A stretch of DNA of 59,902 bases from Bacteroidota bacterium (GTDB lineage: Bacteria > Bacteroidota > Ignavibacteria > UBA10030 > UBA8401). Within the stretch, counting starts at the first letter, position 1; the number at the start of each line of letters is the position of its first letter. Below the pieces are notes generated by a model. The model did not search any database. It saw only the letters and a list, made by a program, of their open reading frames with translations, and was not told where the DNA came from. Positions 46,190 to 56,562 of the stretch are shown piece after piece. Made by a program: the position numbers and the translations under genes. Location of the stretch: contig DATJXA010000132.1 in NCBI GenBank assembly GCA_035500675.1, positions 1 to 59,902 of the forward strand, written 5' to 3'.

Positions 46190-46645
46190 TCAATTCATTT
46201 TCTTAACACTGCCTTGTGGCGCTTCGTTGATGAGCGCCCAAAAGACCCCCAACTCTTTGACCGCATCGACGAATTCCTGGAAATTTACCGGCTTCACAAC
46301 ATAGGCATTCACCCCAAGTTTGTAGCTCATAACAAGGTCCTTCTCCTCCCGCGACGATGTCAGCATGACCACCGGAATCGTTTTCAGTTCAGGGTCGGAT
46401 TTCACTTGGCGAAGCACTTCGAGGCCGTCGACTTTCGGCATCTTGAGGTCAAGAAGGATCACGGCAGGGTTTCCCTGGCCTCTAAGCTTGAAGTTCCCCT
46501 CTCGGCGTAAATACTCTAGTCCTTCTGCTCCATCGCGTGCAACAACGACCTCGTTGGCGAGTTTGTGTTCTTCAAGGGCAGCAAGTGTGAGTTCGACGTC
46601 TTTCGGGTTATCTTCAACGAGTAGAATCCGTTTCAATTCGCTCAT
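46190..46645 (-). CDS. Single-domain response regulator (Rcp1-like)
   Basis: ILLVEDNPKD, ILLDLKMPKVDG, LTSS, YVVKP. Confidence 0.93.
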   Translation of the reverse strand: MSELKRILLVEDNPKDVELTLAALEEHKLANEVVVARDGAEGLEYLRREGNFKLRGQGNPAVILLDLKMPKVDGLEVLRQVKSDPELKTIPVVMLTSSREEKDLVMSYKLGVNAYVVKPVNFQEFVDAVKELGVFWALINEAPQGSVKKMN

Positions 46646-46660
46646 GTGGTCTCCATAGAT

Positions 46661-48499
46661 TTATACAGTGTGTGCCGTCTGATGTGGAAGAGAAAAATAA
46701 AATGTCGCGCCTTCATTGACTTTCCCTTCTGCCCATGTTCGGCCTCCATGCCGCTGGATGATGCGGCGAACGTTCGCGAGGCCGATCCCCGTTCCTTCAA
46801 ACTCGTCAAGACGATGAAGCCGTTGGAACACTCCGAAAAGTTTATCGGCATAGTTCATATCGAAACCTACTCCGTTATCCTTCACAAAAAACTCGACCTC
46901 GTTCCCATTATCGACGGACCCAACTTCAACTTCAGGTTTCTGCTTTGGCCGGCTGTATTTTACCGCATTCCCCAGCAGGTTTTGAAAGACAAGCCGAAGC
47001 ATCGACTCATCGGCCTCCACTTGAGGCAGGGGCTGTACACGCCATGAAATCTCTTTTCCCCGGGCTTCTTCTTTGAGGAAACCGATCATTTCATTGACGA
47101 TTTTCACCGGATCGACTTTCGTCGAACGCATTTCGGTCCGCCCCATGCGCGAAAAGACCAGCAGCTCGTCGATCAGCACGCCCATTTGTTTTGCAGAATC
47201 GGAAATTGTGCGAAGAAACCGCTGTCCCTTTTCGTCGAGGATGGCGGCTGCGTGCCTGGTCAACATATCGGCAAACCCATCGACGTGGCGCAACGGAGCG
47301 CGAAGGTCGTGCGAAACGGAGTACGAAAAGGCCTCAAGTTCACGGTTCGCCGATTCTAACTGCGCGGTGCGCTCGGCCACACGGTTTTCAAGCTCTGCAT
47401 TAAGCTTCCGAACGTCTTCCTCGGTTTTTTTACGTTCCGTGATATCGATGGAGAGGATGAAGATCCCTTCGGGCACGGGCTGAAAGCTGAGGTCGAACCA
47501 GCCGACGGTGTTGTCGGGAAACGTGAATTCGTTTTCCAGTTGGATCGCCACGCGCTCGTCGAAACATCGCTGATACACTTTGTACACCTCGGTGCGCTCG
47601 ATGCCGGGATATAATTCCTGCACCGTGTGGCTGAGCAATTGCTCTCTGGAATATTTAGCGTGTTTTACAAAGGCGTTATTGACATAAAGATACCGCCAGT
47701 CGAAGCTGATGATCTGACATCCTTCCATCATATTGTCGAGCGTCGATCGGTAGCGCTTCTCCGCGGCCTGGAGCGTTTCATTCGTTCTGCGAAGGTTTGA
47801 ATCTCGTTCCTGAATTTGGGCCAGCATCTCATTGAATGAATCTGCCAACAGACCCGTTTCGTCGTTGGTCATCCGGGGCGCGCGTAACGAAAAATCCTTT
47901 GATTCTGCCACGTGCTTTGTCGTGGCTGCCAGTCTCAAAATGGGGGCGGCAATGTTACGCGCGAGTATGGTGGCAACAACGTACGTCACGGCGAGAGTGC
48001 CGATGAGCACAAGAAAGGCAATCTCGATATACGACCAGAACCGCTCCTTCTGTCCGACGAGGTCCATGCTAAGATAAATGGAGCCGATGGGCGCGCCGTT
48101 CAAATCGATCGGCTTGAAGAGGATCAGATCATTATCTTCATACCGGGATACGCTTGAAAGGGGACGAGGGGGAAACACAACGTTTTCGCCCTTTCTGACG
48201 TATGAAGCGAAAAGCTTTCCGTTGTTATCGTAGATCGCGCCGGCAATGATTCGTCGTTGAGAGGCAAGAGAATTGAGAACGTGCGCCGCGTCGACTGAGT
48301 CGTGAAATGCAAGCGCTGCGTTGCTGTTCTCGGCGATGATGTCGGCCTTCGTGATGATATCGTTGACCTGACTTTTTCTGTACGTGATGCGTTCGTAAGT
48401 AAAGAATCCGCTGAAGACGAGAATAATCGTAAGAAGCACGGTCGAAAGAATGACCAACTTCAATTTCGTCCGGATCGGCGTCTTGTCGAAAATTTTCAT
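46661..48499 (-). CDS. Sensor histidine kinase: CHASE8-like periplasmic domain, HAMP, PAS, HisKA, HATPase
   Basis: AALAFHD...AIYDNNGKLFASY; HAMP with DETGLLADSFNEML; FSYSVSHDLRAPL H-box. Start at 48499 preferred. Confidence 0.9.
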   Translation of the reverse strand: MKIFDKTPIRTKLKLVILSTVLLTIILVFSGFFTYERITYRKSQVNDIITKADIIAENSNAALAFHDSVDAAHVLNSLASQRRIIAGAIYDNNGKLFASYVRKGENVVFPPRPLSSVSRYEDNDLILFKPIDLNGAPIGSIYLSMDLVGQKERFWSYIEIAFLVLIGTLAVTYVVATILARNIAAPILRLAATTKHVAESKDFSLRAPRMTNDETGLLADSFNEMLAQIQERDSNLRRTNETLQAAEKRYRSTLDNMMEGCQIISFDWRYLYVNNAFVKHAKYSREQLLSHTVQELYPGIERTEVYKVYQRCFDERVAIQLENEFTFPDNTVGWFDLSFQPVPEGIFILSIDITERKKTEEDVRKLNAELENRVAERTAQLESANRELEAFSYSVSHDLRAPLRHVDGFADMLTRHAAAILDEKGQRFLRTISDSAKQMGVLIDELLVFSRMGRTEMRSTKVDPVKIVNEMIGFLKEEARGKEISWRVQPLPQVEADESMLRLVFQNLLGNAVKYSRPKQKPEVEVGSVDNGNEVEFFVKDNGVGFDMNYADKLFGVFQRLHRLDEFEGTGIGLANVRRIIQRHGGRTWAEGKVNEGATFYFSLPHQTAHTV

Positions 48500-48503
48500 C
48501 GCA

Positions 48504-49106
48504 TCAGATCGGGTTGATGACTCGCGCAAGCCGAAGAAGCTTCGAACTGGCTTTAAGGTCAGCAACTTTCAGGGCCTGCATGTTGATCTCAAATCGCAAT
48601 TTGTTGTTGTCCATAAAAAAGCCGATCCCCCCTCCCTGACCGCCAAAATCGTCCATGTCGCTCACCGTGAGGGTCGATGAATCCCCGATGCGGCGCAGGA
48701 CCGAATGGAACGATTCTTTTTCGGAAGAACTCACAAAGAGCACCTGGCATGGACTGAATTCGCCGAGAGAGTGGAAGCGTTTGACGACGATCGAACGCGC
48801 GCCGATCTTTTCCGATTGCACCGTCTCGTCAAGAACTTTTCCAAAAGGATCTTCTCCAAGGACTGCCAGGACAATCGGGGCATCCTGATTCGGAAAAGCC
48901 GAATCAGGCCATTCGACAAATTGGAGAAAATTCAGGATATACACGGCTTTAAAACGGTACTCAACTTCCTTCGATGTCTGTGCGTGCGCAATACTTGAAC
49001 GAAAAATACATATCGATGCAATAATGACGATCGTGCATCGCTTTGCGAATGACCCTCTCATCATTGTCAACCGTCTAAGCATTGCGTTCGCGCTCGTAGT
49101 GCTCAC
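48504..49106 (-). CDS. YfiR-family periplasmic protein
   Basis: EYRFKAVYILNFLQFVEWP, LAVLGEDPFG, LRFEIN, SSKLLRLA. Exact start is uncertain. Confidence 0.85.
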   Translation of the reverse strand: MSTTSANAMLRRLTMMRGSFAKRCTIVIIASICIFRSSIAHAQTSKEVEYRFKAVYILNFLQFVEWPDSAFPNQDAPIVLAVLGEDPFGKVLDETVQSEKIGARSIVVKRFHSLGEFSPCQVLFVSSSEKESFHSVLRRIGDSSTLTVSDMDDFGGQGGGIGFFMDNNKLRFEINMQALKVADLKASSKLLRLARVINPI

Positions 49107-49115
49107 TATACGTAA

Positions 49116-51188
49116 TTACAAGGAATACGATATTTGTCCATATCCGCTCCGCACGATCTCTTCGCGCCCCAAACCCGGATACCCGTATTCGGGATGGCGC
49201 GGATGCAAAAGATTCTCTCCGACAAGCGAAATTTCAAACCGTTTACCCGGACGCCACCCCAGCTGGAGGTTTAACTCGAAATAGCTTGCCACGATGCCTG
49301 GAGTCGGGCCATTGTTCACATGCAATTCATCGACCCAACGTGGAATAAGGTCGAGTTCTATATTATGCAACAGGTCCATCGAAGAATGAATCGAGAATTG
49401 CTGTTGGGGATCGGCCGTTTCGTTGAGCCCGTTGGTAAAATCCGAGCTGCCGGATTTGACATGGATACGTTCTATGAGAAGATCGTAACCCCCGCGTAAT
49501 AACCACCAATCCAGCGCTTGCACATTGGCGTTGAGTTCAAACCCTTTTGTAAAGCCTTCAAGGTTATTGTTGAATATTAATGGAATCGGTAAAATCGGCG
49601 TGGTCGGTGTAGGAGTTAAGCTTCGGACGTTCTTGTAATCATTATAGAATGCCGAAAGCGAAACGGAAGCTTCGGAGCCGATCTGGAATCGGTAACCCGC
49701 CTCATAGGCAATAACCGTCTCAGAAATGAAATTCGTTCCCGCGTCATACAAATAACTGTAGGGCGCTGGAAGTCCCGTCGGCGAAGAAAAATCATGGTCG
49801 ATGCGCGACGGCGTTCGAACCGCACGGGAGACCGCGGTCCACAGCGTGTGCTGATCCAGAAAATTCCATTGAAGGCGCGCGTTGGGCTCGTACTCATACC
49901 CTGTGTAATCGTTGTGCTCGATTTTACTCCCCAAAGTAAAGAATAGGTCTTCCTGGAGAGTAAGTTCATCCTGCAAAAATCCATTGTAGAGATTCTGATT
50001 CAGGACGGAGGGCGTAAACACGACCGTCGGCGAATTTCCAACGACATCGTGCGTACGACGGTACCCAAAACCCCAGATTATCCGATTGATCCCGCCGAGA
50101 GGGAATCTGTGCTGGAAATCGACATCGTACGTATCGAGCCCGTCGGTTAAGTTCCCAGCAGGAAGAGGTTTCGCAGCGGGCTTCGGGGATAACAGATATG
50201 TGTGATCGTAATACAATTGTACCTTGATGTCCGACTCGCTCGAAATAGTATGCGTCCATCGGCTCAGAACATTGCCCCCGCTCACTTTGCCGTTGCCGCC
50301 CGTCTCCTGGTTTTCCGTGCCGCTATAGTAATCTCCCTGAAGCGTGATATTATTGTTTGGCGACGACGCGGCATCGATCCGAAAACCGCCTTGGCCTTTT
50401 TTCCAGGAATCCGACGTGTCGTCTCCGTTCGCCGCCACTTCGTCACCGCGGTTAAAATATTTACCGTAGGCGCGGAAGAAGACGTTGGGGGCCAGTATCC
50501 CGCCATACCGCACATCGGCAAAATCTTGTAACTCGCTGCCGCCCCCCGCCGATACAAACCAGCCTTGCGTTTCTTTTGCGCTTTTTGTGATGATATTGAT
50601 CACCCCGTTGACTGCATTCGCGCCCCAGAGTGTCCCGCCCGGACCGCTGATGACTTCGATGCGGTCGATATCTTGCAATTCATAATCCTGCGCGTCCCAA
50701 AAAACTCCGGAGTAAAGAGGCGAGTATACGGTTCGCCCGTCGATCATGACAAGAAGTTTATTGGACAAATCCGTGTTGAATCCGCGCGCGCTGATAGCCC
50801 AGTCGTGCGAATTCTTTTGAGCCACATCCAAATTAGTCGCGAGCCGTAAAGCTTCCGGAATACTCGAAGCTCCCGATCGTCTGATCTCGTCGGCAGTGAT
50901 GACCTGAATTGCCGAGGGCGTTTCGGAGAGTTTCTCCGGGCTTTTTGAAACTGAAGTGACCTCAATATTCATCAGGTCTTCGAGGCTGATTTTTTTCAGC
51001 TCGGAGGTCGAGAGCGTGTCGGCGCCCATCGTTGCGCTTCTCATTTCAGCGCCGAACGCAATAAAAAAAATCATACAGAACACCAGCGTCTCAAATCGTC
51101 GATGGAGAATGTTGCGGTGAAGCGAAGTTCGTCTTGCTGCGAGTCTGGGCTGTTCCTTCTCGCTGAAGCATATGCGGCTTTCGTTCAT
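49116..51188 (-). CDS. TonB-dependent receptor
   Basis: SLEDLMNIEVTSVSK plug start, IDRIEVISGPGGTLWGANAVNGVINIITK, barrel ending GQISYSL. Start is uncertain. Confidence 0.93.
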   Translation of the reverse strand: MNESRICFSEKEQPRLAARRTSLHRNILHRRFETLVFCMIFFIAFGAEMRSATMGADTLSTSELKKISLEDLMNIEVTSVSKSPEKLSETPSAIQVITADEIRRSGASSIPEALRLATNLDVAQKNSHDWAISARGFNTDLSNKLLVMIDGRTVYSPLYSGVFWDAQDYELQDIDRIEVISGPGGTLWGANAVNGVINIITKSAKETQGWFVSAGGGSELQDFADVRYGGILAPNVFFRAYGKYFNRGDEVAANGDDTSDSWKKGQGGFRIDAASSPNNNITLQGDYYSGTENQETGGNGKVSGGNVLSRWTHTISSESDIKVQLYYDHTYLLSPKPAAKPLPAGNLTDGLDTYDVDFQHRFPLGGINRIIWGFGYRRTHDVVGNSPTVVFTPSVLNQNLYNGFLQDELTLQEDLFFTLGSKIEHNDYTGYEYEPNARLQWNFLDQHTLWTAVSRAVRTPSRIDHDFSSPTGLPAPYSYLYDAGTNFISETVIAYEAGYRFQIGSEASVSLSAFYNDYKNVRSLTPTPTTPILPIPLIFNNNLEGFTKGFELNANVQALDWWLLRGGYDLLIERIHVKSGSSDFTNGLNETADPQQQFSIHSSMDLLHNIELDLIPRWVDELHVNNGPTPGIVASYFELNLQLGWRPGKRFEISLVGENLLHPRHPEYGYPGLGREEIVRSGYGQISYSL

Positions 51189-51235
51189 GCGATTAAGAAT
51201 ATGTTGTATGAGGATGTTTTGCTACGACAATTCTT

Positions 51236-51637
51236 CTATCGGGCTGAAATGTGGAGCGACGCAACAGTTTCATGGAACAATGATTCGATGAGCCGTGGTA
51301 TTTTACTCGTAATCTCCGACTTGGTCACAAAGTCGTCCGCTCCTGCCACTCGTGCGGCCTTTCGGTACTCGTTGCTTTCATGGATCGTAAGGATGACGAC
51401 CTTTGACGAATGGGTCTCCTGCTTGATCAACTTCATCGCAACCAGTCCGCTCATGCCGGGCATGGCGAAATCCATCAAGACAAGGTCCGGCTTTAATTCT
51501 GCAGACATCCTCACAGCTTCCTCGCCGGAGGTGGCTTTGCCGATACATACAAGATTGCTGTTGCCCAGCGACACCAAGTATCGTTCGATCGAGTCGAGAA
51601 AGCTTTCGTTATCGTCAACTAAAAGAAAACGGACCAT
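51236..51637 (-). CDS. Single-domain response regulator
   Basis: FLLVDDN, VLMDFAMPGMSG, DFVTK. Start at 51637 preferred. Confidence 0.85.
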   Translation of the reverse strand: MVRFLLVDDNESFLDSIERYLVSLGNSNLVCIGKATSGEEAVRMSAELKPDLVLMDFAMPGMSGLVAMKLIKQETHSSKVVILTIHESNEYRKAARVAGADDFVTKSEITSKIPRLIESLFHETVASLHISAR

Positions 51638-51817
51638 GGTCGTTTCCGCGTTTGTAAAGCACAAAATTGGTTCTTTGCGTTGGTGCAAATGTAGAGCTAT
51701 CAACCTAGTGCGTCAATCGGGGAAAGACCTGAATACGGAGGGGAAAAAACCTGAAGGCCCCCCTGAAAAAACACAATCTAGCCCTTTTTTGTCAGGGCAC
51801 TACTTTGTCCGGAATGA

Positions 51818-52471
51818 TCAACCTTCCGGAGATACGACGCCGGCCCGTAAAGCATATCGAACGAGGCCGGCGATATCGTGAATATTAAGACGCTCCATGA
51901 GCTGGGTTCTGTGAGTTTCAGCCGTTTTGGGACTCACGTTGAGAATAGAGGCGATCTCTTTCGTCGTGCGCCCCTCCGCGATCAATTGAAGGATCTCGCG
52001 CTGACGAGGAGTCAAACTTTCGATATTTTGTTCGTGGTCGGGAGAAAGCGCCGTGTACTCTTCTACAAGGTATGTCGAAATTGCGGGTGAAAGATATTTT
52101 TGGCCCCGGGCGATCGCTGTCAATGCGACTTCGAGTTCGGACGTCGCAGCATCTTTGATCAAATATCCCATGACGCCGATGTGCAACGCCTTCATGACAT
52201 ATTCTTTTGAGGAATGCATGCTGAGTATGATGACCCTGCAATCGGGATGCGATTTAATGATCCGCTCCGCGGCTTCAAGACCGTTGAGCCCGCTCATGGC
52301 AATGTCCATCAACACTGCTTGCGGCCGTAATTTTTCGACAAGCTCAACTGCCTCGCGTCCGGTGCCCGCTTCCGCAACAACTTCAACCCACGCGACATCT
52401 TTCAAAAGAGATCTCATACCTGCGCGTACAAGGGTATGGTCGTCCGCAAGAAGTACACGAAGCTTTTGCAT
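51818..52471 (-). CDS. NarL-family response regulator (REC + LuxR HTH)
   Basis: LADDHTLVR, LMDIAM, LTPRQREILQLIAEGRTTKEIA. Confidence 0.93.
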   Translation of the reverse strand: MQKLRVLLADDHTLVRAGMRSLLKDVAWVEVVAEAGTGREAVELVEKLRPQAVLMDIAMSGLNGLEAAERIIKSHPDCRVIILSMHSSKEYVMKALHIGVMGYLIKDAATSELEVALTAIARGQKYLSPAISTYLVEEYTALSPDHEQNIESLTPRQREILQLIAEGRTTKEIASILNVSPKTAETHRTQLMERLNIHDIAGLVRYALRAGVVSPEG

Positions 52472-52485
52472 TATTCCTCCTTCGG

Positions 52486-55164
52486 TCATTTTGTTGGACT
52501 GTCGCTTTGTGCCATCCCAACGGGCAATCGCACTTCTACCGACGTTCCCTTTCCGCGAATCGATTTGAATTCCAGAACTCCGCCAAAAAGGGAAACTCTT
52601 TCCTGCATTCCAAGGATCCCGAATGACTTGCTTTGGATCGCATCGGTCATAGCTCGGTCAATATCAAACCCGATACCGTCGTCGCGAATACTCATGGCAA
52701 GGCTTATGCCGTTGCGCTGCATTTCAATCTCTACATGACTGGCCCTGCTGTGCTTGGCAATATTTGTCAGCGCTTCTTGGGCGATCCGGAAACAGATGGT
52801 TTCGAGGTCCGGGTTAAATCTTTCCGAAACGCCATCCGCTATAAGCCTTCCCTCAAAACCGACTTTGGTTTGAAACCGCTCCAACTGCCATCTCAGCGCG
52901 GCGAGAAGGCCAAGGTCGTCGAGAATTGACGGGCGGAGGTCGAGGGAGAGATTTCTCACTTCGCGTAAGCACGCATCGAGCATCAAGACGTCGTCGTTCA
53001 ATCGGTTGATCAAGTCGACGGGTAGAGGGTTTCGGCGAATGACTTCCAAGTCGATCTTCGTCGCTGTAAGAATTTGTCCGATCTCATCGTGGAGTTCTCG
53101 TGCAATCTGCCGGCGTTCGTTCTCCTGGATTTCCAGAAGCCGGTGTGAAAGCCGTCGAAGACTCCGCTGTGTCGTATGGAGCGCAACTTCTGCTTTTTTT
53201 CGCTCGGTGATATCGACGCATACGCCCGAAACAAGTCTGTCGTCGAGGGTCGCGCTCATGATAATTGTCTTGACCGAGCCGTCTTTCATCAGCAGCTCAG
53301 TTTCAAACCCGTCGGACTTTCCTTCAGCACACAGAGCGTCGACAAATCGTTTATGATCGCCTGCATTTCTGTGAAGTTTTTGAAAGTTCAATGCACTAAG
53401 TTCATGAAGACTTTCATATCCAATCATCCGCAGGAAGCCATCGTTCGCAAAAATAATTTGACCATCCGGGGCAGATTGAAAAACGCCCACCGTAGCAGTG
53501 TCCACGAGGTCGCGATACTTTTTTTCCGACGCAATTACGGCCTTTTCTGTGTGGATACGCTCGGTGATATCCGAAGTGACAACGACGACCCGCTCGCCTT
53601 GAAGCGGCGCCGCGCTTACATTCGTCCAAACGATCTGGCCGTTTTCTTTTACTATACCGATCTCGGAATTAAGCACCGTCCGTTGCTCTTTAATCGCTAC
53701 TGTGCTCGGGAACTCTTCATTTGGTTTCGGCGAGCTATCGCCGCGTATAAACTTCCGGCTTGAGGCTTCTCCCTGAAATATTTTCCCTTTTGGCATCCCA
53801 ATAATCGACGCAAGAGCGGAATTCATTTCAAGAACTTTATACTCACGGTCCATAATTGAAATCCCGACGGGAAGTATTTCAAAAATGGCTTTCATTTCCT
53901 GCTCCCGAGACAGCAATTCTTCCTCTGTTCGTTTTCTTTGAGTGATATCAATGCCTATCCCAAGACTCGTTCCGTCAGAAAGTTCGAACCTCGCCCACGT
54001 CGTATCAATAATCCGCCCATCACGTACGCACATTTTGAAATCTTCCCATCCCCCGTCGGATTCACGGACAAAGTTCAACACTGATTGGCGATAGCCAGGG
54101 TCGGGATAACATTCGACAAAAATGTCGCGATGTTGTTCTTCCAATTCTTTGAGCGTCCATCCGAGCTTTAGCTCCCATTCCTTATTGACGAACAAAATTT
54201 TCCCCCTCTTGTCGGCAACGCTGAGCATCGCCGGAAGGTTGTCAAAAATGTTCTGCAGAAGTTCCTTCTGTTGTTTCAACTCCTCCAATGCGCCCCTATG
54301 TTCGGTGACGTCTTGACACGTGCCGAACAGACTGACCACTCTTCCTTGCACATCCTTTGCGACGCGCCCAACTTCGCGCATGACTTTGACTTCCCCCGAC
54401 GGAAGGACAATCCTATATTCGACCGTAAAATCCTTCCCGTGACTGCGTGCATTCAGATTCGCATCGATCACGATCTGACGGTCTTCTTCACAAACACGAT
54501 TCAAAAAATCCTCATGCTTTCCGGAGAAATGAGCTTTATCGAAACCGAAAAGGCGGTACAATTCATCCGACCACATGATCGTTCCTGCGCACACGTCGTA
54601 CCTCCAGTTCCCGATTTTCGCCACTCGTTGCGCCATTGCAAAATCCTGCTCGCGCACGCGCAATTTTCCATCGAGTTTGTTCCGCTCGGTTATATCCAGT
54701 GCAAACGACAATAGCTCTTCCTCACCGTCATGCTCGACAGCCACAACCGAGGTAATGACATCTCGCATCGCTCCCGATTTAGTTCGGATGGTAGCCTCTA
54801 ATTCCTGGATTTCTTTGTGTTCTTCCAACGTCTTTCTCACCAAGGAAAACGTTTCTTCGGATGTGTACATATTGAGGTCGCTGGAAGTATGTCCGATCAA
54901 TTCTTCTCTGGTATATCCAAACAGTTCTTGAAATTTCTGATTTGTGTCTTTAATCCTCCCGCTAGAACGATCGGTGATGCACAAAGCAATAGGACTCGAG
55001 CAAAAAACCTTTCTGAATCGCTCTTCGAATTGCCGCAATGTTTGCTGAACTCCAGTGTGTCCCGGAATTTTGTTTAACGCGAAATTTTTCAGTTTTCTGT
55101 TTTGATCCCGGAGAGACTTGAGTTCACTGATCAATTCTAATTTTGTTTTAGATTCGTCTCTCAT
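52486..55164 (-). CDS. Cytoplasmic multi-PAS histidine kinase (HisKA_3)
   Basis: About five PAS/PAC repeats; ERRQIARELHDEIGQ; EALTNIAKH, DDGIGF, GILGMQER. Confidence 0.93.
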   Translation of the reverse strand: MRDESKTKLELISELKSLRDQNRKLKNFALNKIPGHTGVQQTLRQFEERFRKVFCSSPIALCITDRSSGRIKDTNQKFQELFGYTREELIGHTSSDLNMYTSEETFSLVRKTLEEHKEIQELEATIRTKSGAMRDVITSVVAVEHDGEEELLSFALDITERNKLDGKLRVREQDFAMAQRVAKIGNWRYDVCAGTIMWSDELYRLFGFDKAHFSGKHEDFLNRVCEEDRQIVIDANLNARSHGKDFTVEYRIVLPSGEVKVMREVGRVAKDVQGRVVSLFGTCQDVTEHRGALEELKQQKELLQNIFDNLPAMLSVADKRGKILFVNKEWELKLGWTLKELEEQHRDIFVECYPDPGYRQSVLNFVRESDGGWEDFKMCVRDGRIIDTTWARFELSDGTSLGIGIDITQRKRTEEELLSREQEMKAIFEILPVGISIMDREYKVLEMNSALASIIGMPKGKIFQGEASSRKFIRGDSSPKPNEEFPSTVAIKEQRTVLNSEIGIVKENGQIVWTNVSAAPLQGERVVVVTSDITERIHTEKAVIASEKKYRDLVDTATVGVFQSAPDGQIIFANDGFLRMIGYESLHELSALNFQKLHRNAGDHKRFVDALCAEGKSDGFETELLMKDGSVKTIIMSATLDDRLVSGVCVDITERKKAEVALHTTQRSLRRLSHRLLEIQENERRQIARELHDEIGQILTATKIDLEVIRRNPLPVDLINRLNDDVLMLDACLREVRNLSLDLRPSILDDLGLLAALRWQLERFQTKVGFEGRLIADGVSERFNPDLETICFRIAQEALTNIAKHSRASHVEIEMQRNGISLAMSIRDDGIGFDIDRAMTDAIQSKSFGILGMQERVSLFGGVLEFKSIRGKGTSVEVRLPVGMAQSDSPTK

Positions 55165-55933
55165 GTTAATCTCCTCGATCTAACGCTTGCTGCGGAAATC
55201 TTAAAGAAGGGCGCGAATAATGCTTTCCGGATGGACTAAGCTCCGTATTGGCTTATTCGTTCTTCGGCTTAATCATCGCCAGCCGTTACTGCAGTGTTTA
55301 GCCACACCTGCAACGGCTTTGATGAAATTGCTTTCACAAATATTAAACGTAAACTTCGGCAATCTCAGACCTCGGTGGGGTCGGTCTGAGTCAATCAAGT
55401 CTACCTCTTTTAAGGTTCTATCACAATACCTTACATGAGGTATTCTATGTCATATGCTCGTTTTTGATAACGTGATCATTGACATTCAAGTTACAAACGA
55501 AGGATTAGCCCTTGTGATGAGGGCTAGCAGACTGTGGGCTTTGCGAAGGACAGGACAGAGTTTTTGCCGAATAAGTATGCCAGCACAGTCTGAATACTCT
55601 AAACATAAAACCTGAAAATTGGTTTCCGTTGGACCGATTCAAACAAAGGATTCAAATGATTGTAACTTCTACAAAATTGAAATATCCATCAGATGCTAAG
55701 TAAGTCCGGATTCGGTTTTCAGGATTGTACAATTTTTATACACTAAGAACAAAGGGAAAACAGCGATTTTCTATACAGGCAATAGCGAGACGAAACAGCA
55801 TTGTATTATTTTCAATTATGGTGAAATTAGCTTAAAATAAGCACTTTTTTGACATCAAAGATCAACCATTAAAACCTTCATAACCGTATGACCTACAATC
55901 GATTACGGGAATTTTGTTCTTCCTGGCATTCTT

Positions 55934-55948
55934 GGAGTGCACTTTGCA
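55934..55948 (+). promoter_or_regulatory. Possible sigma54 (-24/-12) promoter
   Basis: GG (55934-35), N10, GC (55946-47) in TGGAGTGCACTTTGCA; the -24 box is non-consensus. Confidence 0.25.
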
Positions 55949-55981
55949 ACTCTCCTAGCCATGAATCAAGGAGAGAGCAAA

Positions 55982-56560
55982 ATGAACCGATCGAGAAACT
56001 TAATAACCGCAGTCTGGGTAGTGGTGATCATCCTTTCCGTTGGGACCACCGGTTCTTACAGCCAGACCTTCGACCTGCTTTCGGCGAAACCGAGCGATAA
56101 AGTTGCCTCAAGCCTTTTCTTCGCAGTCGACAGTAATAAAATCGTGAATGCCTATAAGATGTTTTCATTCTCGTCTCCTGTGATGAAAATTCGTGATTCG
56201 GTTTTTGTCATCGGCGAAGTCAATAGCGCTGTTTCAGCGGTGAAGAGCAGCGATCCAGGCGTCGCCCGCGATTTCTCTCTTGAGCAAAATTTTCCAAACC
56301 CTTTCAACCCCTCCACGACCATCCGTTTTACAGTTAGAAAGAGAGCAAAAGTTTCCGTAGTATTGTACGACGTCACCGGTAAAGAGGTAACGACCTTAGT
56401 GAACGATGAACGGGAATCCGGATCCTACGACTTGCATTGGAACGGAACATCGGACAAAGGCGTTTCGGTTGCATCGGGCACGTATTTTTATCGCCTCTTA
56501 GCGACTGCCGACGACGGAACCAAGACAAGCGACACCAAAAGAATGGCGCTCATCCGGTAA
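55982..56560 (+). CDS. Small secreted protein consisting mostly of a T9SS-type/FlgD-Ig C-terminal domain
   Basis: GGAG RBS; signal peptide; QNFPNPFNPSTTIRF...WNGTSDKGVSVASGTYFYRL...KRMALIR. Confidence 0.85.
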   Translation: MNRSRNLITAVWVVVIILSVGTTGSYSQTFDLLSAKPSDKVASSLFFAVDSNKIVNAYKMFSFSSPVMKIRDSVFVIGEVNSAVSAVKSSDPGVARDFSLEQNFPNPFNPSTTIRFTVRKRAKVSVVLYDVTGKEVTTLVNDERESGSYDLHWNGTSDKGVSVASGTYFYRLLATADDGTKTSDTKRMALIR

Positions 56561-56562
56561 AT

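Noticed and set aside
55165-55930. Structured RNA or sigma54 promoter in the divergent intergenic region (TGGCAT at ~55575 on the minus strand)
   Set aside because: The TGGCAT lacks GC at the N10 spacing. Only one 7-bp hairpin (TAGCCCT/AGGGCTA) is present, which is not enough to call a feature.
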